The notes under the pieces were generated by a model. The model ran no database searches. It worked only from the letters and a program-made list of their open reading frames with translations, and had not been told where the DNA came from. 64,000 nucleotides of DNA from the NCBI GenBank assembly GCA_029863625.1, contig JAOTUY010000009.1, forward strand, positions 1,523 to 65,522, read 5' to 3'. Shown here piece by piece: positions 10,097-20,470 of the stretch; the stretch's first letter is position 1, and each line of letters opens with the position of its first letter. This DNA is from Acidimicrobiia bacterium. Lineage in GTDB: Bacteria > Actinomycetota > Acidimicrobiia > Spongiisociales > UBA4744. The position numbers and the translations under genes are program-made.

Positions 10097-11119
10097 ATGG
10101 CTGTGCGGACCGTCGACTTCTCGTACCTCTTGCCCACCGCGGTAATAGCCCAGCAACCGGTCGAGCCGCGCGATGCGGCACGATTGCTCGATACGCGTGA
10201 CATGACCGATCACACCTTCCGGGATCTGGCGGACCTTCTCGCTCCCGGTGACCTCGTCGTGGTCAACAAGACTCGGGTGAGGGCGGCGCGACTGCGCGGG
10301 ACGAAAAGTGAAAGCGGAGGCGCGGTTGAGGTGCTCCTGCTGCGCAACAACGCCGGGGCGCACTGGGAAGCTCTTATTAGACCAGGCCGGCGGATCAGGC
10401 CAGGCGTCGTTCTGGATCTCGGCGAACTGACGGCCACCGTTACCGCCGCCCTGCCAAACGCCGTGTTCGAACTCGACCTGGCCACCACAGATGGAACCTC
10501 TGTCGAGCGGACCATCGCCCGGGTGGGCGAGACGCCATTGCCGCCCTATGTCCGCGAACCCCTGACCGACCCTGAGCAATATCAGACCATCTTTGCCGAG
10601 CGGGTCGGATCGGCTGCCGCTCCGACCGCCGGTCTCCACTTCACGGATGGGGTTGTGCGCTCCCTGGCGAAACGGGGAATCGACGTTGCCGCGGTCGAGC
10701 TCGAAGTTGGACTCGACACATTTCGGCCCATGACGGTAGGTCAGATCTCCGAGCACGTTATGCACTCGGAGCGTTATTCCGTATCCGTCGGAGCTGTCGG
10801 GGCGATCGCTCGAACTCGGCAGAGTGGAGGGCGGGTCGTTGCGGTCGGGACGACCGTGGTGCGGACGCTCGAGTCAGCCTTCGACGGGAGAGAGGTTGTG
10901 CCCGGTGACGGTTCCTCCGACCTGTTCATCACCCCCGGCTACCGCTTCAGGGTCGTGGATACCCTGGTCACCAACTTCCATGTTCCCGGCTCGACTCTGG
11001 TAGTGATGATGGCCGCCTTTATGGGGTCGGAATGGCGATCCGCCTACGCCCACGCCCTCGCCCGTGGCTACAGGTTCCTGTCGTTCGGTGACGCGATGCT
11101 GACGGAGTGCAATTCGTGA
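10097..11119 (+). CDS. queA: S-adenosylmethionine:tRNA ribosyltransferase-isomerase
   Basis: About 340 aa with conserved QueA blocks (GTTVVRTLES, VTNFHVPGSTL), followed by tgt. Confidence 0.85.
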   Translation: MAVRTVDFSYLLPTAVIAQQPVEPRDAARLLDTRDMTDHTFRDLADLLAPGDLVVVNKTRVRAARLRGTKSESGGAVEVLLLRNNAGAHWEALIRPGRRIRPGVVLDLGELTATVTAALPNAVFELDLATTDGTSVERTIARVGETPLPPYVREPLTDPEQYQTIFAERVGSAAAPTAGLHFTDGVVRSLAKRGIDVAAVELEVGLDTFRPMTVGQISEHVMHSERYSVSVGAVGAIARTRQSGGRVVAVGTTVVRTLESAFDGREVVPGDGSSDLFITPGYRFRVVDTLVTNFHVPGSTLVVMMAAFMGSEWRSAYAHALARGYRFLSFGDAMLTECNS

Positions 11120-12231
11120 CCGAACCCGTTGTACACCGCGTTGAGACAACTGATGGAAACGCCCGACTCGGGGTGCTGACCACGCCTCACGGCGAGGTCG
11201 CTACACCCAATTTCATGCCGGTCGGAACCCGGGCCGCCGTCCGGGGCCTCGACTCGAGGGACCTCGTTGAGGTCGGCACACAGATGGTGCTGGCCAATAC
11301 CTACCATCTCATGTTGCGACCGGGAGCCGAGACGATTGCGGAACTCGGTGGTTTGCACTCTTTCATGGGATGGAACGGTGCGATGCTCACCGATTCAGGT
11401 GGGTACCAGGTCTTCTCTCTAGAACCGCGAGTCGATGAGAATGCTGCGACCTTCCGATCGACCTACGACGGCGCCAGTGTGAAACTGACGCCGGAGGAGG
11501 CGGTGCGGATCCAGGAGTACCTCGGTGCCGACATTGCCATGGTCCTCGACGTGTGCATTGGTCTCCCGGCGCCCCGGCCCGAAGTTGAGGCAGCCATGGA
11601 TCGAACCCTGCGTTGGGCCGAGCGGGCGCTCACGGCTCATGAGAGGTCGGATCAGGCGCTGTTCGGCATCGTCCAGGGTGGGACCGATGACGAACTGCGA
11701 GGCCGGAGCGCAGCCGCTACTGCCACTTTGGGGTTTCCGGGCTTCGGTATCGGTGGCCTCTCCGTAGGTGAATCGGCGGAGGACAGAAACCGGGCGCTCG
11801 ACGTAGTCGTGGCGGAACTGCCTCCCGGCAAGCCCCGGTACACGATGGGATTGGGCGATTCGGAGGGTGTCCTCGACGCGGTTGCACGAGGCATTGACCT
11901 CTTCGACTGCGTATGGCCCACCCGGCTGGCGCGGCACGGGCGGGTGTTGACTCCGGACGGGGACTTCAACCTGAAGCGATCCGAGCACCGGCTTTCTGAA
12001 CTGCCTCTTCAAGCCGGCTGCCCGTGCCTGACGTGTTCGATGTACACACGGGCCTATCTTCGCCATCTGCTCACCACAGGGGAACTCAGCGTCTACCGGC
12101 TGATCAGTCTGCACAACCTGTCCTACACAATGCGGTTGATGCAGGATGTGAGATCGGCCGTCGCCGCCGGTCGGTTTGCAGAGTTCCACGCGGCAACCAT
12201 TTCCCGCAGACTTTCACCCACCGCGGAGTAG
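11107..12231 (+). CDS. tgt: Queuine tRNA-ribosyltransferase
   Basis: TPNFMPVGT, VLANTYHLMLRPG, DSGGYQVFSL and the C-terminal zinc site CxCxxC..H (CPCLTCSMYTRAYLRHL). Confidence 0.9.
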   Translation: MQFVTEPVVHRVETTDGNARLGVLTTPHGEVATPNFMPVGTRAAVRGLDSRDLVEVGTQMVLANTYHLMLRPGAETIAELGGLHSFMGWNGAMLTDSGGYQVFSLEPRVDENAATFRSTYDGASVKLTPEEAVRIQEYLGADIAMVLDVCIGLPAPRPEVEAAMDRTLRWAERALTAHERSDQALFGIVQGGTDDELRGRSAAATATLGFPGFGIGGLSVGESAEDRNRALDVVVAELPPGKPRYTMGLGDSEGVLDAVARGIDLFDCVWPTRLARHGRVLTPDGDFNLKRSEHRLSELPLQAGCPCLTCSMYTRAYLRHLLTTGELSVYRLISLHNLSYTMRLMQDVRSAVAAGRFAEFHAATISRRLSPTAE

Positions 12232-12282
12232 TGGCTACCATGGCGCCCGGCCCGCGCCGCGCGGGCTGCCATTTCGAAGAGG

Positions 12283-12585
12283 GTGTTCTCCGTGATCTTT
12301 TTGCAAACCGATACGACCACCGCGAGCGGCTATTCCTCACTGATCTTTCTTGCTCTGTTGGTGGCCATGTTCTACTTCTTGTTGATTCGGCCCCAGCGGA
12401 CCCGGGCCAAGAAACAGGCCGCGATGGCCTCATCGCTCCAGATAGGGGACAGGGTGCAGACCTTTGGTGGGGTCCACGGCATCGTCGATTCCGTGGATGA
12501 CGATTCTGTCGTCCTTCGTCTCGAGGACGGCAAGATGCGTATCTCCCGACGGGCCATCGGGTCCAAGATCAGCGACGAGGACTGA
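12283..12585 (+). CDS. yajC: Preprotein translocase subunit YajC
   Basis: A single TM helix followed by the YajC core (LQIGDRVQTFGGVHGIVDSVDDDSVVL), immediately upstream of secD-secF. Confidence 0.8.
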   Translation: MFSVIFLQTDTTTASGYSSLIFLALLVAMFYFLLIRPQRTRAKKQAAMASSLQIGDRVQTFGGVHGIVDSVDDDSVVLRLEDGKMRISRRAIGSKISDED

Positions 12586-14151
12586 TTGGTGCGACGGCAT
12601 GTCATCACACTGCTGGTGGTACTGGCCATCGCCTGGGGAGGCGTGGCCGCAGCTCTCGCCTTCGGCATAACTCCCGTACTTGGTCTCGATCTCAAAGGGG
12701 GCACCTCGGTGACGCTGCGGGCTCCCGAGGGCACCGATCCCGAAGTGCTCCAAAAGGCCGTTGAGGTCATGCAGCGGCGGATCGAAAGCTTCGGGAGCGT
12801 CCAGGAACCAGAGATCCAGATCTCGGGTGAGAACAACGTCATCGTGCAGTTGCCGGGCGTGACCGACCGCGAGCGGGCTCTGGACGCCATCGGCCAAACG
12901 GGCGAACTGTCGTTTCGTCCGGTTCTCGAATCCAGTTTCCTCGTGAGCCCTCTGCTCATTGCGGACCTCACCGAATTGACGACAACCACCACCACGGAGG
13001 TAGGCGAGACATCGACCACCACGGAAGCGGGCGAGACAACGACGACCACCGAGCCCGCCACCACCACGACCACGACCTTCCCGCCGGGCGTTGACCCGCA
13101 AACGGGTTTGACGATCGAGGACGATCCAAGCCAGGAAGCGTGGCTTGCCGAGTACGCCGAAGACGGATCGGTGGTGGTGGTGTATCACGTTGGAGCGTCT
13201 CAACTCAGCGGGGCCGATCTCGACAGCGCCCTGGCCGGGTTCGCGGGCGGGTCCAGCTCTATTGCCCAATGGCAGGTGCAACTCGACCTTTCGAACGAAG
13301 GTGCAGACAAGTTTCAGGAGTTGACGAAAGAGGCAGCTTCTTACCAGAGCGGGGATCCTCGGCGGCAGATCGCCATTGTCCTCGACGGAGAGGTGGTCTC
13401 GGCACCGCAGGTCAACGAAGACGTCGATCCCAACATCGGTATCAGCGGTGGTTCGGCCGTTATCACTATGGGGACCGGCGACAACCAGCAACAGGAGGCG
13501 CAAGACCTGGCGGTGGTGCTCCGGTATGGCTCGCTGCCGGTGGCCTTCGAACGCGACCAGGTTCAGAATGTCTCTGCAATCCTCGGTGCCGACTCACTCA
13601 ACGCGGGTCTGGTGGCCGGCGTCGGTGGTCTGATCCTCGTTGCTCTCGCCGTTGTGTTGTACTACCGGACGCTCGGTCTGGTGACGGTGGTCGGCCTCAG
13701 TGTGTTCGGTTCCTTGCTGCTTCTGATCATTGGTGTGCTCAGCCGCTACATCGGTACGACCCTCACGCTGGCGGGCGTGACCGGCATCATCGTCTCGATC
13801 GGTATCACCGCCGACTCCTACATTGTGTTCTACGAGCGAATCAAGGAGGAGATCCGGGCCAAGCGAACGTTGAACGCGGCCGTTGAAGAAGGCTTTACCC
13901 GAGCCTTTCACACCATCCTCACTGCAGACACCGTTTCGATCCTCGCCGCCGTCCTGCTTTGGCTGCTGGCCGTCGGACCGGTGAAAGGGTTCGCCCTGAC
14001 CCTGGGAATCGCCACGTTCCTCGACATCATCGTCGCGTACTACTTCACTAAGAACGCGGTTTGGATCATGGCCCGGACCAGGCTCGGCCGCGGGGGATGG
14101 TTCAGTATCGAAGGGGCTAGTGGACGCCCGGCTAGCGAGGTCACGTCATGA
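12586..14151 (+). CDS. secD: Protein translocase subunit SecD
   Basis: A large periplasmic domain with a Thr-rich insert, then the conserved SecD/RND-like TM bundle (GLDLKGG..., C-terminal TMs). Followed by secF. Confidence 0.9.
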   Translation: MVRRHVITLLVVLAIAWGGVAAALAFGITPVLGLDLKGGTSVTLRAPEGTDPEVLQKAVEVMQRRIESFGSVQEPEIQISGENNVIVQLPGVTDRERALDAIGQTGELSFRPVLESSFLVSPLLIADLTELTTTTTTEVGETSTTTEAGETTTTTEPATTTTTTFPPGVDPQTGLTIEDDPSQEAWLAEYAEDGSVVVVYHVGASQLSGADLDSALAGFAGGSSSIAQWQVQLDLSNEGADKFQELTKEAASYQSGDPRRQIAIVLDGEVVSAPQVNEDVDPNIGISGGSAVITMGTGDNQQQEAQDLAVVLRYGSLPVAFERDQVQNVSAILGADSLNAGLVAGVGGLILVALAVVLYYRTLGLVTVVGLSVFGSLLLLIIGVLSRYIGTTLTLAGVTGIIVSIGITADSYIVFYERIKEEIRAKRTLNAAVEEGFTRAFHTILTADTVSILAAVLLWLLAVGPVKGFALTLGIATFLDIIVAYYFTKNAVWIMARTRLGRGGWFSIEGASGRPASEVTS

Positions 14152-15197
14152 GCTTGTTCGGTCGCCTGTATCGCGGCGAGACCTCATACGACTTCATTGG
14201 CGCCCGGCGAACCTTCCTGGTGATCTCCTCGGTGTTGCTGCTTGTTTCGGTGCTCAGCCTGGCGTTTCGGGGTCTCAACCTCAGTCTCGATTTCCGCGGC
14301 GGTGTCGCCGTGGAGACCGAGAACCCGGCCGGAGCGGGAGTGGGTGACGTGCGGGACGCCCTTGCGCCACTCGGTCTCACGGATGCCCGGATTCAGCTCC
14401 TGGCGGACGGGCAGGCCCTACGGGTTCAGACAGAGGCGCTCGAAGCCGACCGCGCCGACGCGTTCGTGCGGGCCGTGGCCGAAGTGGCCGGTACCGAAGT
14501 TACCGACACCAGCGTCGACGAAGTTGGCCCGACCTTCGGAGCGCAGATCGCCGAACGAGCGGTGTTGGCTCTGGTCGTCTTCCTGGGGGCCGTGATTCTC
14601 TTCATGTCCTGGCGGCTGGAATGGAAGATGGCGCTGAGCGGAATCGCCGCGCTGTTCCATGACCTCATCATCACCTTCGGGGTCTACTCCATCACAGGAT
14701 TCGAGGTCACTCCGGCGACGATCATCGCGGTCTTGACGATTCTCGGCTACAGCCTCTACGACACCGTGGTTGTGTTCGACAAGGTGCAAGAGAACACGGA
14801 GTCAGCCGACCGGGCGGCCTTTACAGACGTCGTCAACAGGTCGATGAATCAGGTGTTGATGCGATCCGTCAACACATCGCTGACCAGCCTGCTCCCGGTC
14901 GGAAGCTTGCTCTTCGTTGGCTCGTTCCTGCTCGGGGCGAGGACGTTACTTGAGTTCGCCCTGGCGCTCTTCGTCGGCATCGCGGCCGGTACTTACTCGT
15001 CCATTGCAGTCGCCTCGCCGTTGCTGGCCGTCTGGAAGGAACGCGAGGAGGAGTGGACCCGGGTTCGCAAGCGTCTCGCCAGAGCGTCTGAGGATGCCGT
15101 CATGTCACCCCGTCGGGAGCAGCCGACGGCTGGAACCGCCCGTCCTCGCACTGTTTCCGGCGCAACGCCGCGACCACCCAAGAAGCGGCGGCGCTAG
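14148..15197 (+). CDS. secF: Protein translocase subunit SecF
   Basis: GLNLSLDFRGG motif and six TM helices, with a basic C-terminal tail. Confidence 0.9.
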   Translation: MSLFGRLYRGETSYDFIGARRTFLVISSVLLLVSVLSLAFRGLNLSLDFRGGVAVETENPAGAGVGDVRDALAPLGLTDARIQLLADGQALRVQTEALEADRADAFVRAVAEVAGTEVTDTSVDEVGPTFGAQIAERAVLALVVFLGAVILFMSWRLEWKMALSGIAALFHDLIITFGVYSITGFEVTPATIIAVLTILGYSLYDTVVVFDKVQENTESADRAAFTDVVNRSMNQVLMRSVNTSLTSLLPVGSLLFVGSFLLGARTLLEFALALFVGIAAGTYSSIAVASPLLAVWKEREEEWTRVRKRLARASEDAVMSPRREQPTAGTARPRTVSGATPRPPKKRRR

Positions 15198-15236
15198 GTA
15201 CCTGCAGACCCTTGGATCGTCCGGATTCCTGGGCCG

Positions 15237-15779
15237 ATGTACAATCCTGCGGTGGACACACCTACCTACGCCAAGCTGGTCCGAGACGTTGTTGACTTTC
15301 CGGAACCGGGGATACTGTTCAAGGATATAACCCCGGTGCTGGCTGATCGGCAGGCGTTCACGGCCTTGATCGACGACCTGGCCGGACCGTTCGCCGGGAG
15401 AATCGACAAAGTTGCCGGGATCGAAGCTCGCGGCTTCATCCTCGCCACGCCGGTGGCCGAGTTCCTCCGGACCGGGTTCATACCTATTCGCAAGCCCGGC
15501 AAGCTTCCTTGGAGAGTGGTTCGAGAGGACTATCAGCTCGAGTACGGCCAGGATGCCCTCGAAATCCACGAAGATGCCATTGCTCCTGGCGATCGAGTGC
15601 TGGTCGTTGACGACGTGCTGGCTACCGGGGGTACGGCCGCGGCCGCCGTGCGGCTGCTGCGCCGGCTCGGCGCGGAGGTGGTTGCCGTTGCCGTGTTCCT
15701 CGAGCTGGGGTTCCTCGACGGGAGGTCGGCGCTGCCGGATGTCGAGTTTCACTCGCTGGTGAATTATGACGGCGGCTGA
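15237..15779 (+). CDS. apt: Adenine phosphoribosyltransferase
   Basis: PRPP-binding motif VLVVDDVLATGGTA and FKDITPVL at the N-terminus. Confidence 0.9.
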   Translation: MYNPAVDTPTYAKLVRDVVDFPEPGILFKDITPVLADRQAFTALIDDLAGPFAGRIDKVAGIEARGFILATPVAEFLRTGFIPIRKPGKLPWRVVREDYQLEYGQDALEIHEDAIAPGDRVLVVDDVLATGGTAAAAVRLLRRLGAEVVAVAVFLELGFLDGRSALPDVEFHSLVNYDGG

Positions 15780-17961
15780 GCGGGCGGTCCGACCAGACGA
15801 CGCAATGGTCGCCGAGCTGGCGCCAATTCTGGCAGCCTTCCGCTCGCATTATCCGACCGCTTCCGAACGTACGATCCACCAGGCCTACGCCCTCGGGGAG
15901 CGCATGCATCTCGGTCAGTTCCGCAAGACCGGAGAGCCCTACATCAGTCACCCGCTGGCTGTCACCCAGATTCTGGCGGACTACGGTCTTGACGCCGATA
16001 CGCTGGCGGCGGCTCTCCTGCACGACACGGTTGAAGACACAGAGGTCACCCTCGAAGAGGTCGAAGCCGAATTTGGCCCCGAAGTTGCCCGGATGATCGA
16101 CGGTGTCACGAAACTGGATCGAATCCGCTTTGGCACCCGGGAGGAGGCGCAGGCAGCCACTATCCGCAAAATGGTCGTCGCCATGGCGCAGGACGTCCGT
16201 GTGCTGCTCATCAAGCTGGCCGACCGACTCCACAACCTCCGAACCATTGCCCCGCTCCCATCAGAGAAGCAGGAACGCATCGGTCGCGAGACCCTCGAAG
16301 TGTACGCCCCGCTGGCCCACCGGCTTGGGGTGCAGGAGATAAAGCACGAAATGGAGGACCGCTGTTTCGCGATTCTCTACCCAAAGCGGAACGCCGAAAT
16401 CAACCTGCTGCTGCAGCAACGAGCGCCTGAGCGCGACGCCCAGATACACTCGGCGGTCGAGGAAGTCGAAGGGCTGTTGCGCGGCGCGGCGATCCGGGCC
16501 GACGTGACCGGCCGACCCAAACATCGCTATTCGATCTATCGAAAAATGGTCACCACAGGGCTGCCATTCGACAAGATCCACGATCTCATCGGGATCCGGG
16601 TCATTGTCGATGACATCCGTGATTGCTATGCCGCTTTGGGGCTTATTCACGCAACGTGGCCGCCGGTCCACGGCCGCTTCAAGGACTACATTGCCATGCC
16701 CAAGTTCAACCTCTACCAGAGCTTGCACACCACCGTTATCGGGCGGGACGGCCGGCCCCTCGAGGTGCAGATACGCACCGAAGATATGCATCAACGGGCC
16801 GAATACGGCATCGCCGCCCACTGGCGGTACAAAGAGGGCATCTCCGACGAGGATCTGCCGTGGATGGCCGATCTTCGTTTCTTGCAGGATGAATACTCCG
16901 ATCCGAACGAGTTCCTGGCCAGCTTGAAACTCGACCTCTACCAGGACGAGGTGTTCGTGCTCACCCCCGACGGTGATGTGAAGACATTGCCGCGCGGTTC
17001 GACACCGGTCGATTTTGCCTACACGGTCCACACCGAAGTGGGACACCGATGTGTCGGCGCCAAAGTCAACGGTCGCCTCGTGACGCTTGGCACCCGCCTC
17101 GAATCGGGCGATATCGTCGAAATCGTGACCTCGAAAGCCCAGGATGCCGCACCGAGTCAGGACTGGCTGAGCTTCGTCAGGACGACCAGGGCCAAGGCAA
17201 AGATCCGGCAATGGTTTACCAAGGAACGTCGCGAAGTCGCACTCTCCGACGGGCGCGAGCAGATCAAGGGGGCACTCCGTAAGGAGCGTTTGGGTCTTTC
17301 GGCCGCGGCGCGGGACACCCTTCTGATGAAGGTCGGCGAACAACTCGGATTGTCGGACTTGGAGGCCATCTTCGTCGCGGTCGGCGAGGGGACCATCGGA
17401 GCGGCAACCGTAGCCGGCCGGGTAGCCCGGCTCGTCCGACCTGAGGCCACCGCTCTTGAGGACATGGTTCTGCCGGAGATCCCCCGGGAGCGGGAAACGC
17501 ATACCGGCACCGGCGTGGTTGTCGAAGGCCTTGACGACGTGTGGGTCAGGATCGCCCGATGTTGCGCACCCGTACCCGGTGACGACATTGTGGGATTCGT
17601 GACGGTGGGGCGGGGTGTGTCTGTCCATCGGTCGGATTGCACCAACGTCGAGGCGATGGCCGACCGCACCGAACGGATCATCGAGGTTGGTTGGGTACCC
17701 GAACGGGTCGGCCGCTTTTCGGTTTGGGTGCAGGTTGAGGCGCTCGATCGTCCGAAACTCCTGCGCGATGTGACTTCGCTGATCTCCGATATTGGTGGCA
17801 ACATCCTGGCTTCCTCGTCCTCGGTGGGACGCGATCTGGTTGCCATGCTCCGCTACGAAATCGAGCTGAGCGATCCCGGCCAGGTCGACAGTCTGGTGGC
17901 GTCACTGCGAGCCGTTGATTCTGTGTTCGACGCCTACCGCTTGGTGCCTCGCTCCACATAG
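15766..17961 (+). CDS. relA: Bifunctional (p)ppGpp synthetase/hydrolase
   Basis: HD domain (HDTVEDT), synthetase domain (RxKHxYS, SLHTTV), and TGS plus ACT C-terminal domains; 731 aa. Confidence 0.95.
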   Translation: MTAAERAVRPDDAMVAELAPILAAFRSHYPTASERTIHQAYALGERMHLGQFRKTGEPYISHPLAVTQILADYGLDADTLAAALLHDTVEDTEVTLEEVEAEFGPEVARMIDGVTKLDRIRFGTREEAQAATIRKMVVAMAQDVRVLLIKLADRLHNLRTIAPLPSEKQERIGRETLEVYAPLAHRLGVQEIKHEMEDRCFAILYPKRNAEINLLLQQRAPERDAQIHSAVEEVEGLLRGAAIRADVTGRPKHRYSIYRKMVTTGLPFDKIHDLIGIRVIVDDIRDCYAALGLIHATWPPVHGRFKDYIAMPKFNLYQSLHTTVIGRDGRPLEVQIRTEDMHQRAEYGIAAHWRYKEGISDEDLPWMADLRFLQDEYSDPNEFLASLKLDLYQDEVFVLTPDGDVKTLPRGSTPVDFAYTVHTEVGHRCVGAKVNGRLVTLGTRLESGDIVEIVTSKAQDAAPSQDWLSFVRTTRAKAKIRQWFTKERREVALSDGREQIKGALRKERLGLSAAARDTLLMKVGEQLGLSDLEAIFVAVGEGTIGAATVAGRVARLVRPEATALEDMVLPEIPRERETHTGTGVVVEGLDDVWVRIARCCAPVPGDDIVGFVTVGRGVSVHRSDCTNVEAMADRTERIIEVGWVPERVGRFSVWVQVEALDRPKLLRDVTSLISDIGGNILASSSSVGRDLVAMLRYEIELSDPGQVDSLVASLRAVDSVFDAYRLVPRST

Positions 17962-18029
17962 GGCAATCGGTCAAGCAACTCGGCCATTGATCCGATAGAT
18001 CTTGCATGCCGGCGATGCCCTCTCGACAC

Positions 18030-18047
18030 CGATTGACTAGTCAATCG
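18030..18047. promoter_or_regulatory. Perfect 18-bp palindrome CGATTGACTAGTCAATCG upstream of the minor-pilin operon (candidate operator)
   Basis: Read directly from the sequence. It is an AT-rich inverted repeat in a roughly 68% GC background, about 55-70 nt upstream of the pilin start at 18102. Its core TGACTAGTCA recurs upstream of pilA. Confidence 0.5.
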
Positions 18048-18101
18048 AGTTCTCTTCAAATAGGCATGAATTCTGGCTCTCGAAACGCCGATGTATGGTC
18101 C

Positions 18102-19778
18102 ATGAAGAAGATCTCGGATCGCCTGCGTCGTGAAGATGGCTTCACACTGGTCGAAGCTCTCGCGGCCCTCTCGCTGCTGAGCATCGCCATCATCCTCACG
18201 GTCACCCCGGTGCTGGCCGGTTTCGGCGTGCTGAGCGATGCCAAGTTGGCCACCATCGCCTCCAACCTGGCTCAGGGACGGGTGGAGGAACTCCGCTCTC
18301 TTGACTACGAAGAGATCGGCTTCCCGCTCGGGGTGCCCGAGGGCATCCTGCAGGCCAGTGAGACGGTCACGGCGCAGAGCATCGACTTCATCGTCACAAC
18401 CGAAGTCAAGTACTTCGGCAGCGTCAATGGGCCGGGCGAAAACGTCATCCCCCAGGGCGGCGACGGCGTGGAAGGTCTGCCCGATTTAGGCATCGACTTC
18501 AAGGAAGTGACCGTTACCGTCAGCCACCATGCCGGGGCGATCCGGCCGGTCGTGATGCAAACGATCGTGGCGCCCCCCAACATCGCCGCGCACGAAGGCA
18601 AAGCAAACGTGATCGTCGAGCTGATCAAGGAAGAGCCGGCTAGCAAGACTGCCAGCCCGGTTGGGTACCCCCAGGTCTTCCTGGTCAGGGACACTTCACC
18701 CTTCATCCCCTTCGGCGGGACCTTGGCAGCCTCGCAGACCTTTGCCGGGGTGCCCGCCAGTGGGACCGGCGTAACCGACTACTACTACCACGCGCGGCTC
18801 GGAGCGACCCTCACGTCTTACGAGGCGGCCAGCGGCTGGCGGATTCATCCGATCGACATCGACATCGAGACCGACCGCGTGCACATGGGCCCAACCGAGA
18901 CCGCCACGGTACCGCTGCGAATCTACCGGCCGGCCGAGATCGAGGTCCGACTCTTCGACGATGCCACGTCCCTACCAATCACCGGCAACGCCACGCTGAT
19001 CCTCGACTATGACGGAGGCGGCTCGGCAACCTTCACCCAGGCCTCGTCGGAATGGGATGGCAGCGGTTGGCTGGTTACCGACCTCGACGGGGCGCCGGTT
19101 GTGCCCGGCACCTTCACCTTCAACGCATCCGCGTTTGGCTACTTGGCTCAGACTGATGCCGACGTGGTCGTCCCCGTCGATTACCCCCTTGACCCTCACC
19201 ATGTGCAGACATTCAACCTCGAGCCTGCATCGGGTTCCCAGGTGATCCTCACGGTGACAGATGAAGTAGGCAACCCGGTGGCGGGCGCCGACGTGACCTT
19301 CTCGGACTTCTTGCCCCTCGGTGGTTCCCCGATCACGATCCAGACCGACCTCAACGGAGTGGCCAGCTACTTCTTCGACGATTCGGTTGATGCCATCGAC
19401 TGGATCGTCGAATCCGGATTCCACGATCCCAGCGCCAAGAATCACCTCAATCTCAATGATCCGGTCGAGTATCTCAACGTCGCCCTGGATACTCCGGCCA
19501 CATCCGGTCTCATCACCTTCCACGGCAACATCGGATGGGTGCAGTACTTCCACTACCGTCCTGCCGAAGGGGCCCCCGACGACTGGATCGACGTTTACCC
19601 GAACGCATCGGGGGAGGCGTCGGTAACGGTCAACCCGGGATCGTGGGACGTAGAAAAAGTGTGCGTGAAGCTGCGCGGAAACGGGAACCCATGGACCCGC
19701 TCCTCGACGATCAACGTGGCGGCCAACGGCAACGTCTTCTGGTCGTCCTCAATCCCATCTACGTGTCCGGCGCCATGA
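18102..19778 (+). CDS. Large modular type IV minor pilin / pseudopilin (558 aa) with C-terminal disulfide D-region
   Basis: A short basic leader MKKISDRLRREDG is followed by the class III signal FTLVEALAALSLLSIAIIL (G-1, E+5). About 500 aa of extra beta-rich sequence follows, and the C-terminus has a Cys pair C-x36-C. An alternative upstream start lies at 18006. Confidence 0.65.
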   Translation: MKKISDRLRREDGFTLVEALAALSLLSIAIILTVTPVLAGFGVLSDAKLATIASNLAQGRVEELRSLDYEEIGFPLGVPEGILQASETVTAQSIDFIVTTEVKYFGSVNGPGENVIPQGGDGVEGLPDLGIDFKEVTVTVSHHAGAIRPVVMQTIVAPPNIAAHEGKANVIVELIKEEPASKTASPVGYPQVFLVRDTSPFIPFGGTLAASQTFAGVPASGTGVTDYYYHARLGATLTSYEAASGWRIHPIDIDIETDRVHMGPTETATVPLRIYRPAEIEVRLFDDATSLPITGNATLILDYDGGGSATFTQASSEWDGSGWLVTDLDGAPVVPGTFTFNASAFGYLAQTDADVVVPVDYPLDPHHVQTFNLEPASGSQVILTVTDEVGNPVAGADVTFSDFLPLGGSPITIQTDLNGVASYFFDDSVDAIDWIVESGFHDPSAKNHLNLNDPVEYLNVALDTPATSGLITFHGNIGWVQYFHYRPAEGAPDDWIDVYPNASGEASVTVNPGSWDVEKVCVKLRGNGNPWTRSSTINVAANGNVFWSSSIPSTCPAP

Positions 19779-20470
19779 TGCGCACGCTCAAACGCCTCAA
19801 CGGCGACCAGCAGGGTCTCACGCTCACCGAAATGGCGGTGACGGTGATGGTCATGGGTATTGCCCTGGCCGCACTCTCCTCGCTCCTGCTTGGCTTCTTC
19901 GGTAACGTCGGGACGCAGTTGGCCCTGAGTAACGCCGAACGCGACGTGCGACCGGTGATCCGGGAAATGGTCGTGGAGATCCGCCAGGCGGAGCCACCTT
20001 CTCAGGCCGCCACCGCCGTGCCCGTACTGGAGATGGAATGGGACAGGCTCACTTTCCACAGCGACCGCCTGCCTCTCGATGGGGTTCCCGAGAAGCACAC
20101 CTACGAATTGGTCAACTGCACCAATGGCGCTAACGGTGGAACGTGCGATTTGCAGAGGACCGTAATTCAGGCCGACGTGTCGTCGGTGCCGCCGCTGTTC
20201 ACCTACGTCGACAACACGCTGGATCGCCAGGAAATCGTACTGACATCGGTCCTGGCCGATCCGTACCTAACCATTGGGCCACTCTTCCACGGCGTGGTAT
20301 GGGTAGGGAGCCCGGCCGCGCGGACCAGCGTGACCTCATGCAATGCGGCCACACCGTGCACATTCCCGCTGGTGATCATCGACCTGCGGGTGGATCCCAG
20401 CGTCAGAGAGAACCCGGGCGACTATGAGATCCACGAAGAAGTGAGGTTGCGCAATGCGCCGGATTCGTAG
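19775..20470 (+). CDS. Type IV minor pilin (PilW/PilV-like)
   Basis: MMRTLKRLNGDQQG|LTLTEMAVTVMVMGIALAAL is a prepilin-type N-terminal cleavage/methylation motif. Four Cys sit in the C-terminal half. The ATG overlaps the upstream stop (ATGATGA). Confidence 0.6.
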   Translation: MMRTLKRLNGDQQGLTLTEMAVTVMVMGIALAALSSLLLGFFGNVGTQLALSNAERDVRPVIREMVVEIRQAEPPSQAATAVPVLEMEWDRLTFHSDRLPLDGVPEKHTYELVNCTNGANGGTCDLQRTVIQADVSSVPPLFTYVDNTLDRQEIVLTSVLADPYLTIGPLFHGVVWVGSPAARTSVTSCNAATPCTFPLVIIDLRVDPSVRENPGDYEIHEEVRLRNAPDS

